Assembly (NCBI GenBank): GCA_046328215.1 | Contig: JAXLXA010000002.1 | Span: 18,799 to 82,798 of the forward strand | Direction: 5' to 3' | Length of the DNA stretch: 64,000 nt | DNA from: Dehalococcoidia bacterium | GTDB lineage: Bacteria > Chloroflexota > Dehalococcoidia > Tepidiformales > Tepidiformaceae | In this document: positions 48,452-57,873 of the stretch, in pieces | Position numbering within the stretch: position 1 is the stretch's first letter | Layout: each line of letters opens with the position of its first letter | Notes under the pieces: generated by a model | Databases searched by the model: none | What the model was told of the DNA's origin: nothing | The model's input: only the letters and a program-made list of their open reading frames with translations | Made by a program: the position numbers and the translations under genes

Positions 48452-48667
48452 ATGACTGAATACACCGTCATTCTCGAACGAGGCGACCGAAACTGGGGCG
48501 CGTACGTGCCTGACTTGCCGGGCTGCATCGCCACCGGCAAGACCCGGGAAGAGACAGAGAGGCTCATCCGGGAGGCGATCGAACTGCACATCTCGCTTCT
48601 GCGCGAAGACGGCGACCCTGTCCCGCCACCCGCGAGCGAAGCAATCCGCCTCGCAGTCAGCGCCTGA
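48452..48667 (+). CDS. HicB-like (UPF0150) small protein, orphan
   Basis: MTEYTVILERGDRNWGAYVPDLPGCIATGKTREETERLIREAIELHISLL. No HicA partner. Confidence 0.65.
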   Translation: MTEYTVILERGDRNWGAYVPDLPGCIATGKTREETERLIREAIELHISLLREDGDPVPPPASEAIRLAVSA

Positions 48668-48679
48668 TCCGGACCTCGC

Positions 48680-49069
48680 TCACTCGACGGTGATCGTCCC
48701 GGTCATCTCCACTTCGTGGACGTCGCAGCGGAAGAGGTACTTGCCGGCGGTAGCCGGTACGTCCCACTCGAGGGATGTCTCCTTGCCACCGTTGACGATT
48801 TCCGTCATCCAGGGGCTCTCGCGGTAAATCCCGCGCTCCGATGCGATATGGAGGTTGTGCGGGAGGATGCCCACGTTCGGCAGGTCAAAGGTCACTTTCG
48901 TCCCGGCCTTCACGGTCACTTCGTTCGGCTTGAAGTAGTTGTCGAACATCTTGAGCGTGATGTGGCCGGGCTTGTCGCCGCCGTCTGATCCGCCGTCCGA
49001 ATCCGAACCGCAGGCGACGGCAAGCAGCGGCAAGGCGAGGAGGGCGAACATGAGGAACAGGCGATTCAT
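48680..49069 (-). CDS. cupredoxin-like (type-1 blue copper) lipoprotein, probable electron donor to NirK
   Basis: Signal/lipobox LLAVACGS. C-terminal FRCDVHEVEMTGTITVE with Cys/His/Met Cu ligands. Confidence 0.7.
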   Translation of the reverse strand: MNRLFLMFALLALPLLAVACGSDSDGGSDGGDKPGHITLKMFDNYFKPNEVTVKAGTKVTFDLPNVGILPHNLHIASERGIYRESPWMTEIVNGGKETSLEWDVPATAGKYLFRCDVHEVEMTGTITVE

Positions 49070-49246
49070 GGCGTGCTTCCTTCGCGTTTGCATGGACGCC
49101 CGTCCATTGCAGCACGGATATCCGCGCCAGGAGACGGTCGAACGGGCAACCCTGAACGGCTTTTCGGGAAAAGTGGTGCAGCGAGTGTCACGCATATGCG
49201 GAAGCCGGGCCGCGCGGCCCGGCTTCCCCCAATCCTCGTCCGAGGG

Positions 49247-50620
49247 TTACTGCACCGTGATGGTGCCCGTCATCTCTGTCGGGTGAATATCGCAGCGGAA
49301 CTTGTAGGTCCCCGTCTGCGACGGCACTTTCCACTCGATCATCCCGCTCTTGCCCGCGTTGATGATCTCCGGGTTGGTGACCACGCCGGGCTGCGCGTCG
49401 TAGTTCCCGTCGAGCGTGGCGATGCGCATGTTGTGCGGGACCTTGCCCACGTTCACCGCATCGAACATCACCGAGTCTCCCGCCTTGACGGCGATCGCCT
49501 TCGGGTCGAAGGAGTTGTCCTTCATCGTGACCTTGATGGTGCCCGTCGAGACTGCCGGCGGGGTCGCCGGGGCGGACATGTCGTGGCCGCTCGCGGCCGC
49601 GGCGGCTGCCGCGCCGCCCGGGACGTTGAATATGTCAGGGTTGGCGTCACCTGTGACCGTCAGGGTGCCGGCGGCGCCCTTTGCAACACGCCCGAGGGCA
49701 TGGTCAACGAGCTTGTAGTCGCCGGGGACAGTCACTTTGAACTCGACGATGGTCGCGCCGCCCGGGGGGACGCTGATGGTCTGGACGCCCTTCACGGGCG
49801 CCGATTCGAGGGTGCCCCAGGCCCACGCCTTGTCGAAGATCTCGCCGATGACGTGGAAACTGGAGGTCAGGTTCGGGCCGCCGTCGACGAAATAGATTCG
49901 GACGGTGTCGCCAACCTTGGCCTTGAGTGCCTTGTCGGCGATCAGGCCCTTGGTGTGGCCGTTGAACACGACGTACGTGGGCTGCTCGGCGAGCAGCTTG
50001 TTCATGTCCAGCTCTTGCAGGCCCGTCGCGCCGGTCTCGCCGTTCGTGTACAGGTCGCTCTGGCCGACGTAGAACTCGTGGTCCACCGTCGGAAGGCCCT
50101 CACGCGGTTCGATCAGGATGCCGCCGTACATGCCGTTCGCGATGTGGTCGGCGACGAGGCCGGCGGCGCAGTGGTACGTGAAGAGGCCGGCCGCCTCCGC
50201 CTTGAACGAAAAGGACTTCGTCTCACCGGGCGCCACAGTGGATGCTCCGGCGCCGCCGCCCGGCCCGTTGACGGCGTGCAGGTCGATGTTGTGGGTGACG
50301 GTGCTGGAGCCGTTGTTCGTGAGGAAGACCTCGACGGTATCGCCCTGGTGGGCCCGGATCATCGGCCCGGGAACGGTGCCGTTGAACGTCCAGGTCTTGT
50401 AGGTGACGCCCGGGGCGATCTCTTGTTCGACTTCCTTCGCCTCCAGGTGGACGACGACGTGGGACTCGGTGCGCGGCAGCGCCGCCGGCACGTTGGGCGG
50501 AGCGAGGAGTTTCGCCTCGACGGTTGGCATGGCGGGGTCTGAACAGGCAACGCTCAGGATGGCCCCGAGGGCGACGAGGGCGAACACGAGGCTCGTCCTC
50601 ACGGCAGTGCGAAGTGGCAT
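49247..50620 (-). CDS. nirK: copper-containing nitrite reductase NirK with C-terminal cupredoxin-domain fusion
   Basis: HNIDLHAVNGPGG, HCA, GMYGGILIEP motifs of multicopper NirK. Extra C-terminal ~100 aa cupredoxin (FRCDIHPTEMTGTITVQ). Second Met has RBS aaagggag. Confidence 0.85.
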   Translation of the reverse strand: MPLRTAVRTSLVFALVALGAILSVACSDPAMPTVEAKLLAPPNVPAALPRTESHVVVHLEAKEVEQEIAPGVTYKTWTFNGTVPGPMIRAHQGDTVEVFLTNNGSSTVTHNIDLHAVNGPGGGAGASTVAPGETKSFSFKAEAAGLFTYHCAAGLVADHIANGMYGGILIEPREGLPTVDHEFYVGQSDLYTNGETGATGLQELDMNKLLAEQPTYVVFNGHTKGLIADKALKAKVGDTVRIYFVDGGPNLTSSFHVIGEIFDKAWAWGTLESAPVKGVQTISVPPGGATIVEFKVTVPGDYKLVDHALGRVAKGAAGTLTVTGDANPDIFNVPGGAAAAAAASGHDMSAPATPPAVSTGTIKVTMKDNSFDPKAIAVKAGDSVMFDAVNVGKVPHNMRIATLDGNYDAQPGVVTNPEIINAGKSGMIEWKVPSQTGTYKFRCDIHPTEMTGTITVQ

Positions 50621-50679
50621 GGCTGCACTCCCTTTCTGGATCTGGCTCACATCAAACCTGCACCAGCATCCTTAAAGCC

Positions 50680-50693
50680 GTGACCTTAGTCAC
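50680..50693. promoter_or_regulatory. FNR/DNR/NnrR-like palindromic box GTGAC-CTTA-GTCAC upstream of nirK
   Basis: Perfect 5-4-5 inverted repeat ~60 bp upstream of the nirK start, in the nirK/citrate-synthase divergent intergenic region. A direct repeat gggttcgccc x2 lies nearby. Confidence 0.5.
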
Positions 50694-50836
50694 GCCTAAT
50701 GCTTCGATGCGGGTTCGCCCGTAAATGATAGGGTTCGCCCCACGATCCACGCCTGACATGGCCATCCCGGTAACGCGATTTGGACGGGAGTGGTAAGATA
50801 CGCGGGCTGTATACAATCTCGCAGGAGCCACAACCC

Positions 50837-51970
50837 GTGTCCGAGACCATTGCCCGAGGCCTTGAAGGCGTCAACGTAACCGCGACCAAGCTCTGCCGCA
50901 TTGACGGCATCAAAGGCGAGCTCATCTATTCCGGCTACGACATCTTCGACCTGGCCGAGCACTCCACCTTCGAAGAGGTCGCCTTCCTTCTCTGGAACCT
51001 TCGCCTCCCCGACGCGAACGAACTGGCGACGCTCAAGTCCACGCTCCTCTCCGAGCGCAATCTTTCGGACCTCAATCAGCGGATCCTGGCCGAAATCGTT
51101 GGCCAGATCCGGCCGATGCGTGCCCTCGAAATGGCCGTCATCATCGCCGGCGCGCTGGACCCCGCCTCGAGCGACCTCACGAATGCCCAGCTCAAGAAGA
51201 CGGCGGCGCGCCTGACCGCCATCATGCCGACGGTGCTCGCGACCTTCCATCGCCTGCGCCAGGGCCTCCAGCCGGTGGCCCCGCGGGATGACCTGGGCCA
51301 CTCCGCCAACTTCCTCTGGATGCTCAACGGCAAGGAGCCGAACGCGCTGGAACAGCGCGTCTTCGATGTCGCGATGATCCTGCATGCCGAGCACGAGATG
51401 AACGCCTCGACGTTTTCCGCGCTGGTCACCGCCTCCACGTTGAGCGACATGTACAGCGCGATTGCATCGGCCATCGGGACGCTCAAGGGGCCGCTCCATG
51501 GTGGCGCCAACGAGGCCGTGTACAAGCTGGTCGAGGCCATCGGCACGGAGCAGAACATCGCTTCCCACGTCGAGGCGCTGCTGGCCCGCGGCGAACGGGT
51601 CATGGGTATCGGCCACCGCGTCTACAAGACCACGGACCCGCGCGCCATCATCCTTGAGAAGCTCGGCTACGAACTCGCCGAGACCTCGCCGGACCGGAAG
51701 TACTTCGACCTCAGCCTGAAACTGCGCGACTACCTGGCCCGCAAACTCGAAGGCAAGCCGCTCTACCCGAACGTCGACTTCTTCAGCGCCTCGGTCTACA
51801 AGATGCTGGGCATCCCGAGTGACCTGTACACGCCGATCTTCGCGATGTCACGCATCACCGGCTGGACCGCCCACCTGCTGGAGCAGTACGCGGACAACCG
51901 CCTCGTGCGCCCGAACGCGCTCTACGAAGGCGCCAGCAACCGGCAGTACATGCCAGTCGACAAGCGCTAA
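50837..51970 (+). CDS. citrate synthase (citrate/2-methylcitrate synthase family)
   Basis: GY..F, HRVYK..DPR, catalytic His/Asp motifs. GTG start after aggagcc. Confidence 0.85.
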   Translation: MSETIARGLEGVNVTATKLCRIDGIKGELIYSGYDIFDLAEHSTFEEVAFLLWNLRLPDANELATLKSTLLSERNLSDLNQRILAEIVGQIRPMRALEMAVIIAGALDPASSDLTNAQLKKTAARLTAIMPTVLATFHRLRQGLQPVAPRDDLGHSANFLWMLNGKEPNALEQRVFDVAMILHAEHEMNASTFSALVTASTLSDMYSAIASAIGTLKGPLHGGANEAVYKLVEAIGTEQNIASHVEALLARGERVMGIGHRVYKTTDPRAIILEKLGYELAETSPDRKYFDLSLKLRDYLARKLEGKPLYPNVDFFSASVYKMLGIPSDLYTPIFAMSRITGWTAHLLEQYADNRLVRPNALYEGASNRQYMPVDKR

Positions 51971-52091
51971 GCGCGCGGTTCACCTTCCTCAACCACCAGG
52001 GCCGGCTTTGTCCGGCCCCTGGTGTTCTGGAGGGGTAGGGACATCGCCTGGACCGCTGCCTATGGTGTCTCCCAGCGACACCAGCGAGGGC

Positions 52092-52832
52092 GTCATGGAC
52101 CACCAGGGACTCGACAACGCAGAACAGTGCCTCACTCCGCGGGAGCGCGACGTGGTCGCCCTCGCGCGGCGCGGTTATACGAACAGCGAGATAGCCGGAC
52201 AGCTCGGCATCACCCGCAACGCCGTGCGGTACCACCTCAAAGAGATCCATTCGAAGCTTGGCACCGGCGGCGAGCGAAACCGCCTGGAGCACGGGTGGCG
52301 GCGCGCTCTTGCGCTGCTCGCGCTGCCGCTGGGCAAAACGGCCTCCACAATGACCATCGCCGCCGTGGCGACCGCGCTCGTGGGCGGCGCGTACGCGGCC
52401 TACCGCATTGTGCCGCGAGAGGACGCGATCGCCGCGCCCGCACGATTCGAGGGGACCGTCATCGTGGATGGCACTCCTCAGCCGTCCATCATCGTCGAGC
52501 TGTCGCCGGGAGACGGCAGCATCGTCTCGGCTGCTTCGACGCAAAGCCCGGACCAGCTGAATCCCTCGGGAGTCTGCGTCCGCGTGCGGTTCGTTGGGAC
52601 GCCCGAGACGGGCCGCTGGTTCAGGCTATTCGTGGACGGCACGGATGTCACGGCTCAATCCGTCTGGAAGGTCCCCCATACGTCCCAAACGGAGACAGGC
52701 ACCCTCTGTTACGCCCCGGAAGCGGGCCTCCCGGTGGGCAGGCGCACGGCCGAGCTCCGCGTCCAGGATCCGAACATCCCGGGTGGCGTCGCCCGTGAGA
52801 CCGCCCGATGGAGCTTCACCGTCGCGCCGTGA
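52092..52832 (+). CDS. membrane-anchored LuxR/GerE-type HTH regulator with extracytoplasmic domain (paralog 3)
   Basis: LTPRERDVVALARRGYTNSEIAGQLGITRNAVRYHLKEIHSKL. TM ALALLALPLGKTASTMTIAAVATALVGGAYAAY. Alternative start at 52059. Confidence 0.7.
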   Translation, partial: VMDHQGLDNAEQCLTPRERDVVALARRGYTNSEIAGQLGITRNAVRYHLKEIHSKLGTGGERNRLEHGWRRALALLALPLGKTASTMTIAAVATALVGGAYAAYRIVPREDAIAAPARFEGTVIVDGTPQPSIIVELSPGDGSIVSAASTQSPDQLNPSGVCVRVRFVGTPETGRWFRLFVDGTDVTAQSVWKVPHTSQTETGTLCYAPEAGLPVGRRTAELRVQDPNIPGGVARETARWSFTVAP

Positions 52833-52956
52833 TGCGCCTTAGAACACGCTGCGGTGGTCGTCCTCTTCGGCGCGTCGCTTCTGGGTTAGGCCTTCGTCGG
52901 AAATGCCTTTACCTGGGAGTAGGGTGTTTGCTGTCAAGGCACGTTAGTGTGCGTGA

Positions 52957-53862
52957 ATGGAACCTGTCCGCCTCACGCCTCGGCAGCATGAGGTGCTCGA
53001 ACTGTTGGCGAAGCGAAGAAGCAACCAGGAAATTGCCGACAAACTGGGTATCTCGCTTGACGGCGCCAAGTGGCACGTGCGTGAGGTGCTGCAGATCTAC
53101 GGGGTGGGTAGCCGCGAGGAAGCGGCTGAGCGCTTCCGCATTGAGCACGGCCTCCCGCGGCGGCTCTGGCGGATGACCTGGAGCGCGGTCAACGTGGCAC
53201 TCGTGCTGGGGGCCGCGGTGCTGGCGCTGGTCGTCGCCGCCGTCCTCATCGGCGTGAACCTCCGCGGCGACGAGGAGCAGCCGGCTGCGAACGTTTCCCC
53301 GGCAGCCTCGGCAACATCTGCCACGGTCCCGACATCGACCACGACCCCGGGAGCCACGGTGTCCGCGCCCTCGCGAGCAACCGGCCAGGCCTTCCTCGAT
53401 TCGGTGACGTCCCGGCTTGAATCCGGCGTGCCGATCGGACGGACCGACCTGGCAGGGCAAAATCTGCCCTGCCTGAACAAGTCGTTCCTGGGTGACACCA
53501 ACCCGGGCTGCCCGAGCGGTGCGGCGGACGGCACCCTGGTGCTCTCGATCATCACGTTCGCCTGCGAGATCGAATGGATCGCGCTGACGCCTGATCTGCG
53601 ACTGACCACCATCGCAGGAGACCGTCTGGCACTCGATTCCGTGCTGCTCGGCGGCGCAGTCTACACGCGGCCGCCAGCGGTGAACGCCACACCCGACTAC
53701 TGGATGCTGTTCAAGAGCGTGGGCGCGAACTTGCCTGCGGGCTTCGCCGTCGCGGTGAAGGACGGCAAAGTCGTCTCGTGGGGCCGTAGCTGTGGGGATT
53801 TCGAATCGCTGGAGGACCGCTTAGGCGCGGGCGCGGCGGGAACCCTGCCGTTCTCGCCCTAA
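52957..53862 (+). CDS. membrane-anchored LuxR/GerE-type HTH regulator with extracytoplasmic domain (paralog 4)
   Basis: LTPRQHEVLELLAKRRSNQEIADKLGISLDGAKWHVREVL. TM AVNVALVLGAAVLALVVAAVLIGV. Thr/Ser-rich linker. Confidence 0.75.
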   Translation: MEPVRLTPRQHEVLELLAKRRSNQEIADKLGISLDGAKWHVREVLQIYGVGSREEAAERFRIEHGLPRRLWRMTWSAVNVALVLGAAVLALVVAAVLIGVNLRGDEEQPAANVSPAASATSATVPTSTTTPGATVSAPSRATGQAFLDSVTSRLESGVPIGRTDLAGQNLPCLNKSFLGDTNPGCPSGAADGTLVLSIITFACEIEWIALTPDLRLTTIAGDRLALDSVLLGGAVYTRPPAVNATPDYWMLFKSVGANLPAGFAVAVKDGKVVSWGRSCGDFESLEDRLGAGAAGTLPFSP

Positions 53863-54569
53863 AACACGCTGCGGTGGTCGTCCTCTTCGGCGCGTCGCTT
53901 CTGGGTTAGGCCTTCGTCGCCTTCGAGCTTTGCTTCTTCGGCGCGGATGGCTTCCTCTTCCTCGCGGCGTTCGCGCTCCTCCGCGTTTTCCGCGACGAGT
54001 GCGCCGCTCACGTCGACTTCGAAGGCGGCGTCAATCGGTTCGCCGATGACCGCATAGCGCGTGCCGCCGATGAAGGTGAGCGGGCTGTGTTCGCGGTCCT
54101 TGAGCAGCCACTGCTGGGCATACGCTTCGTCGTCCGCCTGCACCTTCACCACGTTCCCGACGAAGAGCGAGTGGTCTCCAAGGCGGATGACGTCTTGCAA
54201 AGTGCACTCGATCCAGGCGAGGCAGCCTTCGATCAGCGGCGCATCGATCGAGAGCGGGCTGAAGAGGCTGAGCCCCGACGACTCCAGCTTGTTGTTGTTC
54301 AGGCCCGACTGCGAGCCGAGGAACGCGGTCTGCTTCACGAGCGATGGCCCGGGGATGTTGATCGCGAAGCCGTCGCTGAAGCGGATGAGGTCGGCGGTGT
54401 GGCGGTTGGGATGGACCACGATGCCGACCGTTGGCGGCTGCATGGAGACCGGCGCGCACCAGGCGATGGGGGCGGCATTCGAGATGCCCCGCCACGAGGT
54501 GGTGACGATCGCGACGGGGCCCGGATTCAGCATCCGGCGGGCATCGGTGGGGTCGCAGAGTCGGCGCAT
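53859..54569 (-). CDS. flavin reductase-like domain protein with acidic coiled C-terminal tail
   Basis: LNPGPVAIVTTSWRGISNAAPIAW... flavin_reduct fold. C-terminal EERERREEEEAIRAEEAKLEGDE. Confidence 0.7.
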   Translation of the reverse strand: MRRLCDPTDARRMLNPGPVAIVTTSWRGISNAAPIAWCAPVSMQPPTVGIVVHPNRHTADLIRFSDGFAINIPGPSLVKQTAFLGSQSGLNNNKLESSGLSLFSPLSIDAPLIEGCLAWIECTLQDVIRLGDHSLFVGNVVKVQADDEAYAQQWLLKDREHSPLTFIGGTRYAVIGEPIDAAFEVDVSGALVAENAEERERREEEEAIRAEEAKLEGDEGLTQKRRAEEDDHRSVF

Positions 54570-54635
54570 GTTCGGCGAAACAACCAGAAGGCCGGGGAGT
54601 CCCGGCCTTCGTGTAGATGTGCTGAGTGTAGCAGC

Positions 54636-55019
54636 CTAGTGGCGGCCGTTGCCGTTCGCGGACATCCGGCGCCAGCGCAGGAAGTTCCAGTAGGCCAGCA
54701 GTTCCGGCAGATCCTCCGGGTGCTTTTCGAGCTCGCCAATCAGTTCGGCGATGTCGCTGTCCTTGACGTAGAGCATGTCGCCGTCGTCGCCGAGGAAGTA
54801 GTGCAGCGGGCGATTGAGGATGCGGGCGACGCTGAGGAGCATATCGATGCCCACGGAACGCTGTCCGGCCTCATACAGGCTGATCGCGCTCTGGGTGGTG
54901 TTGAGAGACTGGGCGAGCTGGCCCTGGCTCATTCCTGCGTCGCGGCGCGCAGTTCGGATGCGGTTTCCGAGGCTCGCCGAGACAGGCGCCTTTCCGCTTT
55001 CGGACGTGGCTTTCATCAT
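54636..55019 (-). CDS. XRE-family HTH transcriptional regulator
   Basis: LGNRIRTARRDAGMSQGQLAQSLNTTQSAISLYEAGQRSVGIDMLLSVARIL. Confidence 0.8.
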   Translation of the reverse strand: MMKATSESGKAPVSASLGNRIRTARRDAGMSQGQLAQSLNTTQSAISLYEAGQRSVGIDMLLSVARILNRPLHYFLGDDGDMLYVKDSDIAELIGELEKHPEDLPELLAYWNFLRWRRMSANGNGRH

Positions 55020-55172
55020 GTTGGCTTTTTGACTCCGAGGTCGGTCTGTACGTCTACCCGGTATTCCGCCTACGGGGTTTGGCAATGCCAACTCAAGGTA
55101 CGGACGCCCAGCGTTCGGGTCAATGCAGCCCTCCCTTCGTTGATGATTTCGCAATATAGGATTTACCCGGGG

Positions 55173-56222
55173 TCAGTACCCAAGGTCCGGTCGGGCGAGA
55201 TTGAGGAGCTTTTCGCCCTTGATGTACCGCTTCAGGTTCTCGACGAACAATGCCGCCGCCGTGCCGTCCCGCCGATCCGAACTGCCGGACGTGTGCGGCG
55301 TGATGAGCACGTTTGGCAGGTCCCAGAGGGCGCTTTCCGGATTGAGCGGCTCAGGCGTGGTGACGTCGAGCGCCGCGCCCGCCAGCCTGCCCTCGCGGAG
55401 CGCCGCGATCAGGGCGTCCTGGTCTATGACCGGGCCGCGAGCGATGTTCAGGATGTGCGCGGTTGGCTTCATCGCCCGCAGCGCCGCGTCGTCGATCAGC
55501 CCGGTTGTCTCGTCAGTCAGCGGTACGCAGAGCACGACGAAATCCGACTGCGCCAGCAAGTCGTGCAGGCGCGAATAGGGGATGAGCTCGTCGCAGTCCG
55601 GGTCGCTGCCTTCGACGGTGCGGCGGGAGGCGACGACGCGCATGCCAAGCGCCCGTGCCCGCACCGCCGTCGCGCGGCCAATGGCCCCGAGGCCGACAAT
55701 CCCGCAGGTCTTGCCTTCGATGGCCGTCGCGCCACGGATGCGGAGCCATTCGTGCCGGCCCTGGTGCTGGACGTAGCCGGGGAACCGCTTGGCAAGGGCG
55801 AACATGGCGCCGATGCACCATTCCGCGATCGGCGCCGCCGCGAGGCCTGAGCCGTTCGTCACCATGAAGCCGCGCTGCAAGACGCCCTGGCGGTGGAGCC
55901 GTTCCAGTCCCGCGTTCATCACCTGCAGCCAGCGGAGGTTGGGCGCCGCGTCGAAGTACTCCGTGGTCAGGCGGTTGGAACCGGCGATGACTTCCGCGCT
56001 CCGGAGGCCCGCGAGCACGGTGGCTTTCGCCTCGCCCTCGGGCATGGCGGCTCCGAAGTGCTCCGCAAGGTTGATGAGCTCGATGCGCGGGTCAACGGCG
56101 CGGATGGCATCGAGTCCCGCCTCATCGAAGCGTACGGTCAGGGCGATGGTGAGCGGCTGCGGCAACTGCGGCCTCCGGAGAGAAGTGCGGCAATCGTAGC
56201 CAGCCGCGCGCGTGTAGGGCAT
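55173..56222 (-). CDS. D-isomer-specific 2-hydroxyacid dehydrogenase family protein
   Basis: NAD-binding GIVGLGAIGRATA. Catalytic ARG...PHTSG region. Start at the internal Met MPYTRAAGYD. Upstream ORF portion likely spurious. Confidence 0.75.
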   Translation of the reverse strand: MPYTRAAGYDCRTSLRRPQLPQPLTIALTVRFDEAGLDAIRAVDPRIELINLAEHFGAAMPEGEAKATVLAGLRSAEVIAGSNRLTTEYFDAAPNLRWLQVMNAGLERLHRQGVLQRGFMVTNGSGLAAAPIAEWCIGAMFALAKRFPGYVQHQGRHEWLRIRGATAIEGKTCGIVGLGAIGRATAVRARALGMRVVASRRTVEGSDPDCDELIPYSRLHDLLAQSDFVVLCVPLTDETTGLIDDAALRAMKPTAHILNIARGPVIDQDALIAALREGRLAGAALDVTTPEPLNPESALWDLPNVLITPHTSGSSDRRDGTAAALFVENLKRYIKGEKLLNLARPDLGY

Positions 56223-56249
56223 AAACCGGTGCGTGCCTATACTGGCCCC

Positions 56250-56726
56250 ATGGCGGAACAACACGACCTCGAACTGCCGTCCTCGGACGAGGAGGCCACG
56301 CGCAGCCTCGGCGAGCGGCTCGGCCGACAGTTGAAGCGCGGCGATGTGGTCCTTCTCAGCGGCGAGCTTGGCGCCGGCAAGACCTGCCTGACGCAGGGCA
56401 TCGGCCGGGGGCTCGCCTGCGGCGGCCAGGTGAACAGCCCTTCCTTCGTGCTGATGAACGAGTATCCGGGCCGCGAAACGCTCTACCACGTCGATCTCTA
56501 CCGGATCGAAGACGTTGAGGACCTCGACGAACTGGGCCTCTGGGACTACGCGGAGAAGGGCGTGCTCGTCATCGAGTGGCCGGAGCGCGGCGCCGAGATC
56601 CTGCCCGGGGATGGGCTCGTCGTTGAACTCCGTCCCGGCGCCCTGGGCCCGCGCAGCCGCACGCTGCGATTCATCCCGCGCGGCCCCCGCGGCGAAGAGC
56701 TCGTGGCTTCGCTCGGCGCGGCGTGA
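56250..56726 (+). CDS. tsaE: tRNA threonylcarbamoyladenosine biosynthesis protein TsaE
   Basis: P-loop LSGELGAGKTCLTQGI. SPSFVLMNEY. Confidence 0.85.
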   Translation: MAEQHDLELPSSDEEATRSLGERLGRQLKRGDVVLLSGELGAGKTCLTQGIGRGLACGGQVNSPSFVLMNEYPGRETLYHVDLYRIEDVEDLDELGLWDYAEKGVLVIEWPERGAEILPGDGLVVELRPGALGPRSRTLRFIPRGPRGEELVASLGAA

Positions 56727-57325
56727 GCACGATCCTCTGCATCGACACGGCATCGGACGCGTTCGCCCTGGCTGTGGACCGCGACGGCGCTGTGAATTCG
56801 GTTGAAATCCCCGGCGGTCACGACCACTCACGCCTCCTCCTCCCCTCCATCCGCGACTTCCTTGGCGAAGATCGGCCTGACGGGATCCTGGTGGTCATCG
56901 GCCCCGGCGCGTACGCGGGGATTCGCGTGGGCATCGCCACGGCGGAGGGGCTCTCGATAGCGTTGGGCGTGCCCGTGTATTCCATCGGAACGCTTGAGGC
57001 GGCGGCACTGGCCGCGGGCCTTCAACGCGCCACGGTCATCCATCCGGCGGGGCGAGGGCAGTTCGCGCTGCAGGAGTTTCGCGGCGGCCAGTCTGTCGCC
57101 GGGCCTGTGCTCGGCGGGCCGGAAGCGCTCGCCGGTCAGAAGCTGGCCGGCGAAGGCGCGGGCGAACTCGGCGGGCGCGACGTTGGCCCCCGCGAACGCT
57201 GCGAAGCCGCGCTGCGCGACCGCGCGCCGAAAATTCGCGCCGGCACGCTGGAACCCGGCGCCGAAGCGTTTTACCTTCGCGAGCCCAGCATCACGCTTTC
57301 CCGCCGCCAGCAAGCGGCATCCTGA
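56723..57325 (+). CDS. tsaB: tRNA threonylcarbamoyladenosine biosynthesis protein TsaB
   Basis: MSTILCIDTASD...VVIGPGAYAGIRVGIATAEGLS. Confidence 0.85.
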   Translation: MSTILCIDTASDAFALAVDRDGAVNSVEIPGGHDHSRLLLPSIRDFLGEDRPDGILVVIGPGAYAGIRVGIATAEGLSIALGVPVYSIGTLEAAALAAGLQRATVIHPAGRGQFALQEFRGGQSVAGPVLGGPEALAGQKLAGEGAGELGGRDVGPRERCEAALRDRAPKIRAGTLEPGAEAFYLREPSITLSRRQQAAS

Positions 57326-57345
57326 ATCACCCTGGAGTTACCCAC

Positions 57346-57801
57346 ATGGCAGTCGAACGAACCCTGTTCCTCGTGAAGCCCGACGCTGTCCAGCGCGGCC
57401 TGGCCGGCGAGATTATCAAGCGGCTGGAGAGCCGTGGCCTGAAAATCGTTGGCCTGAAGCTCATGCAGGTCTCCCGCGCAACGGCGGAGAAGCACTACGG
57501 CGAGCACAAGGGCAAGCCGTTCTTCGAAGGGCTTGTCTCGTTCATCACGAGCTCGCCGATCGTTGCGGTCGTGTTCGAAGGGACGAACGCCATCGAAATC
57601 GTGCGGGCTACGAACGGCGCCACGAACCCGCTGAAAGCGGCGCCGGGTACCGTACGCGCGGACTTCGGGCTGGAGATGGGCCGCAACCTGGTGCACGCCA
57701 GCGACAGCCCCCAGAGCGCTGCCCGCGAGATCAAGATCTTCTTCAAGCCGGCCGAGATCATCGACTGGAAGCGCGACACCGACGCCTGGATCTACGAGTA
57801 A
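57346..57801 (+). CDS. ndk: nucleoside diphosphate kinase
   Basis: ERTLFLVKPDAVQRGL...NLVHASDS. 151 aa. Confidence 0.92.
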   Translation: MAVERTLFLVKPDAVQRGLAGEIIKRLESRGLKIVGLKLMQVSRATAEKHYGEHKGKPFFEGLVSFITSSPIVAVVFEGTNAIEIVRATNGATNPLKAAPGTVRADFGLEMGRNLVHASDSPQSAAREIKIFFKPAEIIDWKRDTDAWIYE

Positions 57802-57873
57802 GACGAAGGAGACCCCGGGCGCGCCACTCCGCACGTTGCGTGACACGCCTTTACAATCCGGCGCGAACGGAGG

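Noticed and set aside
54087-55850. 587 aa plus-strand ORF
   Set aside because: Antisense to three motif-supported genes (flavin reductase, XRE regulator, 2-hydroxyacid dehydrogenase). Low-complexity translation.
56222-56831. N-terminal 203 aa of ORF 55173..56831 as part of the dehydrogenase
   Set aside because: The upstream portion is low-complexity (Arg/Ala/Gly-rich) and overlaps tsaE on the other strand. The dehydrogenase domain begins at the internal Met (MPYTRAAGYD).
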